From positions 1,685 through 65,684 of the forward strand of contig JAOABK010000003.1 of the NCBI GenBank assembly GCA_026418415.1: DNA of 64,000 nucleotides, given 5' to 3'. Positions within the stretch are counted from its first letter, which is position 1. Each line of letters starts with the position of its first letter. Both the position numbers and the translations under genes were made by a program. The stretch comes from Pseudomonadota bacterium (GTDB lineage: Bacteria; CALINM01). Below are positions 47,887 through 56,520 of the stretch, piece after piece. The notes under the pieces were generated by a model. The model did not search any database. It was given only the letters and a program-made list of their open reading frames with translations, and was not told the DNA's origin.

Positions 47887-49330
47887 GGCATTATCTTCAG
47901 AGTTTAAAGTAGGTATCTTTGTTATAATTGGTTGCATAATACTTGTTTATATGTCTCTTAAAGTAGGAAAGTTCAAACTTTTTGGTGGTGGTAAGACATA
48001 TGAAGTGAGTGTTCTTTTTGATAACACCGAGGGTTTAGATAAAGGTGGTTCGGTTCAGATTTCTGGTGTAACAATAGGAAGGGTCAAAGATATAAAACTC
48101 GAGGGGAAGAAGGCAAGGGTTATACTTGAATTGGGCGAAGATGTGATACTAAAAAAGGATGCCTACGCAACGATTAAAACAAAGGGAGTATTAGGAGAAA
48201 AGTTTGTCGAGCTATATCCAGGGGATGCTGATGAGAGAATCCCAAAAGGCGGAGAAATTCTTTATGTAAAAAAGACTATGGACATAGATAAGCTCCTTGC
48301 TTCAGTTGATACAGTTATGGAAGACATAAAAGCAGTAACAATAAATCTTAGAAAAACCTTAGGCGGGGATGAGGGAGAGCTTGCCCTTAAAGGTATAAGA
48401 GATAATCTTTATGAACTTACAGTAAACATTAATAAACTTGTACGTAAAAATGATGAAAGCCTTACAAACACAGTCAAAAACTTAGAAAAATTCTCTATGG
48501 TTCTTGCTGAAAAAACTCCCGAACTCTCTGAAGAGTTAAAAGAGATAACAAGAAATCTCAAAGATATGCTAAAAGAAAACAGAGGAGATGTAAGAGAAAG
48601 TATAGAAAATATTAAAAAAGCATCTGAGAGGCTTGATCAAACTCTCGCATCAATTAAAAGTGTATCCGATAAAATTGACAAGGGAGAAGGTACTCTTGGA
48701 AAACTTATAAATGAAGACTCTGTTCATGAAAACATAAATAAAACCCTTAGTGGGGTCAACAAGATGCTTAACAAAGCTGATTCTTTAAGAACATTCTTCG
48801 AATTTAAATCCGAGTATTTACAAAGGCTAAGTGATGCACGTTCTCAGGTAAATCTAAAAATTTATCCAAAAACCGATTACTTCTATATGATTGGTGGTGT
48901 AGATAGCCCTAAAGGAAGGCTTTCGAGAAAAACTGAAAGGGTAACTGGATTAGCAATGCCAGTAATAACAACAACTGAAACTGAGAAAGAAAGGACTGTT
49001 CTTATAAACGCCCAGATAGGTAAAAGATTTCACGATGTAGAGATTCGAGGAGGGCTCTTTGAATCCACCGGTGGACTTGGAATCGATTGGTATACCCATA
49101 ATGATAAGTTTAAACATACCTTTGAAATATACGATTTCGATAAGAAATACAATCCCAATATTAAAATCGGCACAAACTACAACTTATTTAAATACTTTTT
49201 CCTTTCGGCAGGTATAGATGATCTTGTTAGCGATAGGAAAAGAAGGAGTGTTTATTTAGGTGCTGGAATTAAGTTCGAAGATGAAGATATTAAATATTTA
49301 CTAACCTCTGCCCCCCTTCCTACAAAATGA
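47879..49330 (+). CDS. mlaD: MCE-domain protein (MlaD-like) with long C-terminal coiled-coil extension
   Basis: N-terminal TM, MCE domain (VLFDNTEGLDKGGSVQISGVTIGRV), long helical C-terminus; its stop overlaps the selD start (ATGA). Confidence 0.75.
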   Translation: MNKALSSEFKVGIFVIIGCIILVYMSLKVGKFKLFGGGKTYEVSVLFDNTEGLDKGGSVQISGVTIGRVKDIKLEGKKARVILELGEDVILKKDAYATIKTKGVLGEKFVELYPGDADERIPKGGEILYVKKTMDIDKLLASVDTVMEDIKAVTINLRKTLGGDEGELALKGIRDNLYELTVNINKLVRKNDESLTNTVKNLEKFSMVLAEKTPELSEELKEITRNLKDMLKENRGDVRESIENIKKASERLDQTLASIKSVSDKIDKGEGTLGKLINEDSVHENINKTLSGVNKMLNKADSLRTFFEFKSEYLQRLSDARSQVNLKIYPKTDYFYMIGGVDSPKGRLSRKTERVTGLAMPVITTTETEKERTVLINAQIGKRFHDVEIRGGLFESTGGLGIDWYTHNDKFKHTFEIYDFDKKYNPNIKIGTNYNLFKYFFLSAGIDDLVSDRKRRSVYLGAGIKFEDEDIKYLLTSAPLPTK

Positions 49331-50361
49331 GCAATTTAGATAAGAAAATTAATCTTTTAGAGTATGCAACCTCAGCAGGTTGAGCTGCAAAAGTAGGTCC
49401 GGCGGACCTAAAAAGACTAATGGAATCTCTAACTATTAAAAAAGACGAGAGAGTTATAATAGGCCCAGAAAATTCGGATGACTCTGCTGTAGTTATAGCA
49501 GGAAAAGAGACAATTCTTCAAACAGTTGATATTATAACACCAATAATTGAAGATCCTTTTATCTTTGGTCAGATTTCAGCAACAAATGCCCTTTCAGACA
49601 TTTATGCTATGGGTGGAAAACCAGTTAGTGTACTTAATATTGCTTGCTTTCCCATAGACTGTCTTGACCTTGAAATTCTTAAAGAGATTTTTCTTGGCGG
49701 TTTATCAAAGATAGAAGAAGCGAATGCAGTGCTTGTAGGTGGACATACAATAACTGATAAAGAAATAAAGTATGGGCTGTCTGTTATAGGCATAAAAGGG
49801 GAAAACCTTTATCATAACGCTATTGCGAGAGAGAATCTTGATATTATTTTAACAAAGCCTATTGGTGGTGGCATAATTAGCACCGCTCTTAAAGCAGAAA
49901 TGATTGAAAAAGAACATAGAGAAGAGTTTATTAAGTATCTGACAAGGTTAAACAAATATTCTGCAGAAATTGCAGAAAAAGTTGGAATAATTACCATGAC
50001 TGACATAACAGGGTTTGGGCTTTTAGGACACCTTATAGAAGTTTTAAAAGCAAGCGGTATATCTGCAAAAATATTTAAAGAGAATATTCCCTTTATGAAT
50101 GGTTTTGATCAATATATATCTTATGGACTGATACCCGCAGGAGCATATAGAAATAAAGAATTTGTCGAATCCTACGCAGAAGGGGAACGGGACTGGATTT
50201 TAAAACTCTCAGCTCCAGAAACTTCAGGCGGTCTTTTGATTTTCTGTAGCAAAGAAAATACAAAAGAGTTAATAGATAAAATCAGGGAGAAGGGTGACGA
50301 AAGGGTAACAAAGATTGGTGAGACAACAAAATTAGAGAGTAAATATGTTTATTTGTGTTAA
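49327..50361 (+). CDS. selD: Selenide, water dikinase (selenophosphate synthetase), a selenoprotein with in-frame UGA (Sec) at 49381-49383
   Basis: ORF track begins at an internal Met (49420). The upstream in-frame sequence ATG...LLEYATSAG-TGA-AAKVGPADLKRLM aligns with the SelD N-terminal Cys/Sec loop (E. coli ...HGAGCGCKISPKVL). SECIS-like hairpin follows 10 nt after the UGA. Body has SelD motifs (NALSDIYAMGGKP, LVGGHT). Confidence 0.8.
49394..49411 (+). promoter_or_regulatory. SECIS-like hairpin for selD UGA recoding
   Basis: TAGGTCC-GGCG-GGACCTA perfect 7-bp stem starting 10 nt 3' of the UGA. Confidence 0.55.
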
Positions 50362-50362
50362 T

Positions 50363-50935
50363 TCAAGATTTATTTAATAAATCTTTTCCAATAATAGACA
50401 ATTGCTTTAAATCTTCCCAGATATCATATCCAAGGTTATCTAATACAATTTCTTTTAACCTTTCCAATCTAATCTTTCCACTTTCTAAAACTAATATTAT
50501 GTCTAATAAATCTTTATTTCGCCCAGCAAAAATTTTCATAATAACAATGAATTCTGGATAAACTATTTTTACTTTAATATCATCCCAATTTAAATAAATG
50601 AAATTATCTAACGCCTCTTCTTCCCAGCTATTATATGCTAAAAGAATATCAAAACAGAATCCTTCTTTAACAACCTTTACGGTACTTATCCCATATCCCC
50701 CTAAGCCACCAACAACAAAGTCAGAATCATTTAAATGGGACTTAAAGTTCTCTAAATCATAGGGATATAATAATATATCAAGATCTTCAAAAGTTGGCAA
50801 CCTACCGTCAACAAATAAACCAACTCCCCAGCCACCCACAAGAGCATAATTAAAGGGTTCAGCAATTTTAAAAAACTCCCTAATTGTGTTTTCTCTCCCT
50901 GACAAACTTACAAAATGAAACCACTTTTCTAACAT
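50363..50935 (-). CDS. Nucleotidyltransferase-fold (minimal NTase-like) protein
   Basis: GGWGVGLF...FEDLDILL pattern resembling the GS...DxD NTase motif; 190 aa. Confidence 0.4.
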   Translation of the reverse strand: MLEKWFHFVSLSGRENTIREFFKIAEPFNYALVGGWGVGLFVDGRLPTFEDLDILLYPYDLENFKSHLNDSDFVVGGLGGYGISTVKVVKEGFCFDILLAYNSWEEEALDNFIYLNWDDIKVKIVYPEFIVIMKIFAGRNKDLLDIILVLESGKIRLERLKEIVLDNLGYDIWEDLKQLSIIGKDLLNKS

Positions 50936-51369
50936 AAAATGGCTCCTTTTTCTAAATTTTTTGCTGTAAAAGTTCTATTTCATGAAGACACAGAAGGGGA
51001 AAGAAATAATAGAAAGATACCCTAATGATTAAAATTAATGCAAAATAAACTATATCAAATTTATAACATCCTTTAAATCATTATAGTACTCCTATTGTAT
51101 CCACTGATTTGAAATTTCTTTTAGACAAAAATTCAAAATAAGGTATTATCAGAAAGTGCCCACAATACAAAATGTTCCAAGTGAGATATTGATAATAAAA
51201 GTAAGATCAGATATTTAGCAAAACCAAAAACTGAATTTGCAAATTAATTAAATCAAATTCTACATTATTTAAAAATTTAATCTTGAAATGTTAAAGCATA
51301 ATGGATAAATTTATATTATACAAATTTTTCTCTAAAAAGTCAAAATATTTTTAACTACAAGATAATTTT

Positions 51370-52887
51370 TTACCTTTCTTCTGTTGCCTTAGCAATCTTT
51401 TTTAATAAGCTTAACCCTCTATCAATTAGTTCTTTATCATCTTTATTTTTAAGGTATAAAGTTTGATAGGATTCGTAAAGCCACTGTGTTATCTCTTCCT
51501 TCAAATCCACAGGTAGATATGTTTTATCAAGAGCATTTCTTACTTTTGATGGTGATGATAATAGAAGTTCTTCATTTGTAATCTTTTCTAAAGCTATTAA
51601 GATAGAACGCTGTACCGATGAGAGATTTAAACTTCCTTCACTTTTCTTAGATTCTTCTTTTAATTCTTTTCTTTGAGTTTTTTTGCTTCTTACATAAAGT
51701 ACTATCGTTGTTATTGTGACAAATACAAAAAATCCTAAAAATAAATAAAAATCGTAATCAGGTCTTATTCTTATATTTAGATTTTTTTCGTAATCTTCTT
51801 TTTCTTTTGATACTGGATTGCTTGGTATATGCACTTTTACTGTTCTAGTAAAAGATGATAGATTTTTAAAAGAATTGTTAATAGGATTGAATATTTGTAA
51901 TGAAGGGGTTTTGATTGTATAAACACCATCTGAAGGGGGGATAAAAAAATATGTGAAATTATTATTTCCCCTATACTCTGGGAATTTACTAAAATAGTCT
52001 TTTTTATCTTCCTTTAAAAAAACCTCTACACTTGGTGATACCTCTAAATTTATTGGTTTTATTTGCTCTAAAAACCCAGTTCCACTTACACTTATGTCAA
52101 TTTGTACTGCATTATTTTCAGTAGCGGTATAGGGATTTATCTTTATTGAATAGTCACCTATCAGGAATTTTTCTTCTCCCTGTTTTATCTCCTTAACATC
52201 AAATTTGAGCGTACTCGTTGAGAACATAAGCTCTTTATTTAAAAAATTTTTAACAGCAATCTTTAAAGGAGCTAAATTATATTTGCCTTCTTTTGTGAAT
52301 ATTGCTGAATAAATAATCTCTCTTCTGCCATCCTTTTTTAATCTTTCTTCTACCTTTTCAACTATTACACCTTCCCAGCCTGGCCAAAAAATATTCATTT
52401 CTTTTATTGTTGAGGGAACATCAACTATTAAATAAGCAGGCATATATTTGTAAAAATCTTTGTGTGGTATAATTGTATAGAATTTAGGAGGGGCGTCTTG
52501 GGATTTCTGTTTAACATCGTTAAAAACTATATTTTCATCATCTCTAACCTCTATGCTTACTTTATTAACGGAAACTGAGCCACCTAAAAGATCATGAAAG
52601 ACAAAGGGACCCAATTCATATCTCCCCTCCTTTTCAAAAATACAGTATAGGTCTAATCTATTAAGATATTGCCCCTTAAAAGTTGTTGTTAGTAATTGAT
52701 TTACTATCAGACTATTTTCTGGTGAAAGAAAAATTGGAGTACTTTTTATAGGATTTTCAGTATTAAAATTTAAAGTTATTTTGGTCAATCTGTTTGTGAT
52801 TGTAGTGTTAATTTCCTGAGCAAAAAGAAAACTTGGGATTATTAGATAAATTAAAAAAAGGATTCTTTTTAAGACATGGGACATCAA
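51370..52887 (-). CDS. Hypothetical signal-peptide protein with one C-terminal TM and Lys-rich cytoplasmic tail (BatD-like topology)
   Basis: Signal peptide, ~370-aa exoplasmic region, single TM (LFLGFFVFVTITTIVLYV), ~110-aa cytoplasmic tail. Confidence 0.4.
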   Translation of the reverse strand: MMSHVLKRILFLIYLIIPSFLFAQEINTTITNRLTKITLNFNTENPIKSTPIFLSPENSLIVNQLLTTTFKGQYLNRLDLYCIFEKEGRYELGPFVFHDLLGGSVSVNKVSIEVRDDENIVFNDVKQKSQDAPPKFYTIIPHKDFYKYMPAYLIVDVPSTIKEMNIFWPGWEGVIVEKVEERLKKDGRREIIYSAIFTKEGKYNLAPLKIAVKNFLNKELMFSTSTLKFDVKEIKQGEEKFLIGDYSIKINPYTATENNAVQIDISVSGTGFLEQIKPINLEVSPSVEVFLKEDKKDYFSKFPEYRGNNNFTYFFIPPSDGVYTIKTPSLQIFNPINNSFKNLSSFTRTVKVHIPSNPVSKEKEDYEKNLNIRIRPDYDFYLFLGFFVFVTITTIVLYVRSKKTQRKELKEESKKSEGSLNLSSVQRSILIALEKITNEELLLSSPSKVRNALDKTYLPVDLKEEITQWLYESYQTLYLKNKDDKELIDRGLSLLKKIAKATEER

Positions 52888-52907
52888 AAATAGTATATAT
52901 GAAAAAA

Positions 52908-53765
52908 TTAGTTATTCAAATTGTCTTGTTTTTCCGATAGAAGGGTTTTTAATTTTTTAAGAGCCTTTTCTTCAATCTGTCTTACCCTCTCTCTCGTAAT
53001 GCCTAATTCATCTCCAACTTCTTGCAAAGTTTTAGGATTTTCATCGAGGATCCTTCTTTCTATAACAAATCTTTCCTTTTCGTTTAGTTTCGAAAGAGCA
53101 TCTTTAATACGTTGAGCATTATAAAGCCTCTCGTCTTCCTCTTCTAATTTCTCTGCATAATTTTCCCGTGTATCTGGTATAACATCGAGAAGTTTTTGCT
53201 CAGTTTCAGGTGAAGTATACTCTAAAGAAAAGTCCCTTCCAGAAAGCCTCAGCTCCATCTCTGTTACTTCTACTGGTTTTACATCAAGGATCTCTGCTAT
53301 GGCTTCAACAGTTGGTCCTTCTATGTTTTTTTGCTCCAGCTCTCGTTTAATTTTACCTAAGTTATAAAAAAGCTTTCTTTGATTCTGGGTTGTGCCAACC
53401 TTTATAAGGCTATAATTGTTCATGATATAAGCCTGAATATAGGCTCTAATCCACCAAACAGCATAGGATATCAATCTATAATTCTTATAGGGGTTAAATT
53501 TTTTTACAGCCATCATTAATCCAATTGTACCTTCCTGAATTAAGTCCATAATATTAAAACCATATTCCGCATACTCATGAGCAATCTTAACTACAAACCT
53601 AAGATTTGCTGTAACAAGAGTCTTTGCTAAATCAACATCCTTTGTTTCGTAATACTTTATTGCAATTCTTCTTTCCTCTTCTGGTGAAAGAACAGGGTAG
53701 GACTGTATCTCCTTAAGATATAACTCTAACTCTGTAGGTTTTTGAATCTGTAATTCCTTTGTCAA
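52908..53765 (-). CDS. rpoH: RNA polymerase sigma factor, RpoH (sigma-32)-like
   Basis: Sigma70 regions 2-4 (FVVKIAHEY, DLIQEGTIGLM, region 4 HTH); RpoH-box-like QRKLFYNLGKIKREL. ORF track start is GTG 53789; I prefer TTG 53763-53765 preceded by GGAGGA SD. Confidence 0.65.
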   Translation of the reverse strand: MTKELQIQKPTELELYLKEIQSYPVLSPEEERRIAIKYYETKDVDLAKTLVTANLRFVVKIAHEYAEYGFNIMDLIQEGTIGLMMAVKKFNPYKNYRLISYAVWWIRAYIQAYIMNNYSLIKVGTTQNQRKLFYNLGKIKRELEQKNIEGPTVEAIAEILDVKPVEVTEMELRLSGRDFSLEYTSPETEQKLLDVIPDTRENYAEKLEEEDERLYNAQRIKDALSKLNEKERFVIERRILDENPKTLQEVGDELGITRERVRQIEEKALKKLKTLLSEKQDNLNN

Positions 53766-53782
53766 TTTTAATCCTCCAAAAA

Positions 53783-53809
53783 TTAGCACTCAAAGGGGTT
53801 AAGTGCTAA
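53783..53809. promoter_or_regulatory. CIRCE element (HrcA operator) in the leader of the rpoH-like gene
   Basis: TTAGCACTC-AAAGGGGTT-AAGTGCTAA read directly; matches consensus TTAGCACTC-N9-GAGTGCTAA with one mismatch; ~18 nt upstream of the proposed rpoH start. Confidence 0.7.
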
Positions 53810-53927
53810 TTAAAATATAATCTTGCTTTTCTATTTTGTCAACATAACCATTTTTAAATTTATCATCTTATTATAGACAATTTTACACAAAAAAGATAAA
53901 ATTTATTAAAAACAGGGGGGATACTTT

Positions 53928-54932
53928 ATGGCAATAGATAACCAAAAAGCAAAAGCTCTGGAGGCAACCCTTTCTCAGATAGAAAAGCAGTTTGGAAAAG
54001 GTTCTATAATGAAATTAGGGGAAAAGAAACAGGAAACGATAGATGTAATCCCCACAGGCTCTATTGGGCTTGATTTAGCATTAGGAGTTGGAGGTGTTCC
54101 AAGGGGCAGGATTGTTGAGATCTATGGACCAGAGTCATCTGGTAAGACCACTCTTTGTCTCCATATAATTGCTGAAGCGCAGAAAAAAGGAGGTATAGCA
54201 GCATTTATTGATGCAGAACATGCCCTTGATGTAAACTATGCCCGCTCATTAGGTGTAAATACCGATGACTTATTAATTTCCCAGCCTGATACTGGAGAAC
54301 AGGCATTAGAAATAGCAGATTATTTAGTTAGAAGCAATGCAGTAGATGTTATAGTTATAGACTCTGTTGCTGCATTAGTTCCAAAAGCAGAGATTGAAGG
54401 TGAGATGGGAGATGCCCATATGGGGCTTCAGGCGAGGTTAATGTCACAGGCTTTAAGAAAGCTTACTGCAAATATATCAAAGACCGGTACAACAGTAATT
54501 TTTACAAACCAGATACGCATGAAAATAGGTGTTTTCTTTGGTAATCCTGAAACCACAACCGGTGGTTATGCTCTAAAATTTTATGCATCAGTTAGAATGG
54601 ATATAAGACCTGTTGGCCCAATTAAAGAGGGGAATGACAAGATCGGAACAAGAACTAAGGTTAAAGTTGTGAAAAACAAAGTGGCTCCTCCCTTTAGAGA
54701 GGCTGAGTTTGATATCCTATACGGTGTGGGAATTTCAAGGGAAGGAGAGGTCATCGATTTAGGTTCAGATCTTGGCATAATTGAAAAAAGCGGTGCATGG
54801 TATTCCTACAAGGGAGAGAGAATAGGTCAAGGAAAAGAGAATGCCAAACAATATCTCAAGGAACATCCTGATATTTTAGTAGAGATAGAAAATATGATTT
54901 TAGAAAAATTTGGGCTTCCAAAGAGGAGTTAA
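53928..54932 (+). CDS. recA: Recombinase A
   Basis: Walker [11 protein letters not shown]1/L2 loops, FIDAEHALD; unmistakable. Confidence 0.95.
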   Translation: MAIDNQKAKALEATLSQIEKQFGKGSIMKLGEKKQETIDVIPTGSIGLDLALGVGGVPRGRIVEIYGPESSGKTTLCLHIIAEAQKKGGIAAFIDAEHALDVNYARSLGVNTDDLLISQPDTGEQALEIADYLVRSNAVDVIVIDSVAALVPKAEIEGEMGDAHMGLQARLMSQALRKLTANISKTGTTVIFTNQIRMKIGVFFGNPETTTGGYALKFYASVRMDIRPVGPIKEGNDKIGTRTKVKVVKNKVAPPFREAEFDILYGVGISREGEVIDLGSDLGIIEKSGAWYSYKGERIGQGKENAKQYLKEHPDILVEIENMILEKFGLPKRS

Positions 54933-54934
54933 CT

Positions 54935-56092
54935 TTGACACCTAAAGAAAAGCTTGATGAAATTTTGAAGGTGGCTGTTAAAGTAGGTGCTTCGGATATA
55001 CACCTAAAACCTGGTAAACCACCAATTTTCAGAATTGATGATAAACTAACGAGTTTAAAAAACGCTCCCGTTCTTAGCTTTCAGGAAGCAAGTGAGATGC
55101 TATTTAGCATGCTCTCTGAAAAACAGAAAGAGGAATTTGAAAAAAGAATGGACATGGATTTTGCTTACAGTGTCTCTGGAATTGGCAGATTTAGGGTAAA
55201 TCTTTATAAACAGAGGGGTTCTCCCTGCGCAGTTATGAGAGCAATACCCTTTAACATAAAAACAGTTAAAGAACTGAATTTACCGCCAATACTTGAAAAA
55301 ATTGCATCAGAAAGAAGGGGACTAATACTTGTAACGGGAACAACAGGGTCTGGTAAATCAACAACTCTTGCTTCTATGATTGATTATATGAATAATAATT
55401 TTAACTACAATATAATAACAATAGAAGACCCTATAGAATTCCTTTTTAGAGATAATAAATGTATCATAAATCAAAGAGAAGTTGGTTTTGACACCCTTTC
55501 CTTTAGCAATGCCCTTCGTGCAGCACTTAGGCAGGATCCCGATGTTATATTTGTTGGTGAAATGAGAGACATGGAGACCATAGAGATTGCTCTTACTGCT
55601 GCAGAAACTGGACATCTGGTTTTAAGCACCTTACATACCCTTGACGCTACAGAGACAGTAAATAGGATAATTGGTATTTTTCCTCCCCATCAACAACAAC
55701 AAATAAGGTATCAGCTTTCCGCTACAATAAAGGCGGTCATATCACAAAGGCTTGTTCCTAAAATTGATGGAAGAGGGAGAGTTCCTGCTGTTGAAATTAT
55801 GATCGCAACGAATAGGATAAAAGAATATATAGAAGATCCAGAAAAAACAAAATTGATAAGACAAGCTATTTCTGAAGGGCATTCTGTATATGGCATGCAG
55901 ACCTTTGATCAGAGCCTTCTTGATCTTTGCAAGAAAAAACTAATTACCTATGAAGAGGGGCTTAAGAACGCAACAAGTCCATCGGATTTTGCTCTTGCCA
56001 TGAGTGGTATTGATACCTCTTCAGACAAAACACAATGGCAGAAAGAAAGTCAACAAGAGCAAGAAGGAACTCCGAAAATAGAGAAGTTTTAA
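54935..56092 (+). CDS. pilT: Type IV pilus retraction ATPase PilT (twitching motility protein)
   Basis: GTTGSGKSTT Walker A, PilT-type Asp box and His box, AIRNxLR-like region. Confidence 0.85.
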   Translation: MTPKEKLDEILKVAVKVGASDIHLKPGKPPIFRIDDKLTSLKNAPVLSFQEASEMLFSMLSEKQKEEFEKRMDMDFAYSVSGIGRFRVNLYKQRGSPCAVMRAIPFNIKTVKELNLPPILEKIASERRGLILVTGTTGSGKSTTLASMIDYMNNNFNYNIITIEDPIEFLFRDNKCIINQREVGFDTLSFSNALRAALRQDPDVIFVGEMRDMETIEIALTAAETGHLVLSTLHTLDATETVNRIIGIFPPHQQQQIRYQLSATIKAVISQRLVPKIDGRGRVPAVEIMIATNRIKEYIEDPEKTKLIRQAISEGHSVYGMQTFDQSLLDLCKKKLITYEEGLKNATSPSDFALAMSGIDTSSDKTQWQKESQQEQEGTPKIEKF

Positions 56093-56520
56093 TCTGGAAT
56101 TATGCCTGCGACCTTTTAAGTAGGCGTATTTATTCAGAAAGGGAACTCCAAAACAAGTTACAAAAAAGGTATCCTCAAGATACAGAAATAGTAAATACCA
56201 TAATAGAAAAGCTAAAATATTACAAATATCTTAACGATTCCGAAAATGCAAAAATTTTAATTGAGCACCTTAAAAACAAAGGTTATGGTCCAAGGTATAT
56301 CACGAGCTATCTTTTAAGAAAAGGGTTTGTTGACATAAACTGGGATGTAAATTATGATTACAACATGATGAAAAAATGGTATGAAAAGAAAAGGGGTAAC
56401 GAAAAAATTAGAGATTTAAAAACCTTTAGAAAAATGTATAATTACCTTCTAAGCAAAGGTTTTTTATCAGAAGAAATTATAGAATTTTTAAAAGGATGGA
56501 CAGATTATGAAAGGGAGTGA
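56035..56520 (+). CDS. recX: RecA regulator RecX
   Basis: RecX-like three-helix repeats (YACDLLSRRIYSERELQNKLQKRY...); ORF-track start overlaps the pilT 3' end by 58 nt, so the true start is uncertain. Confidence 0.65.
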   Translation: MAERKSTRARRNSENREVLIWNYACDLLSRRIYSERELQNKLQKRYPQDTEIVNTIIEKLKYYKYLNDSENAKILIEHLKNKGYGPRYITSYLLRKGFVDINWDVNYDYNMMKKWYEKKRGNEKIRDLKTFRKMYNYLLSKGFLSEEIIEFLKGWTDYERE

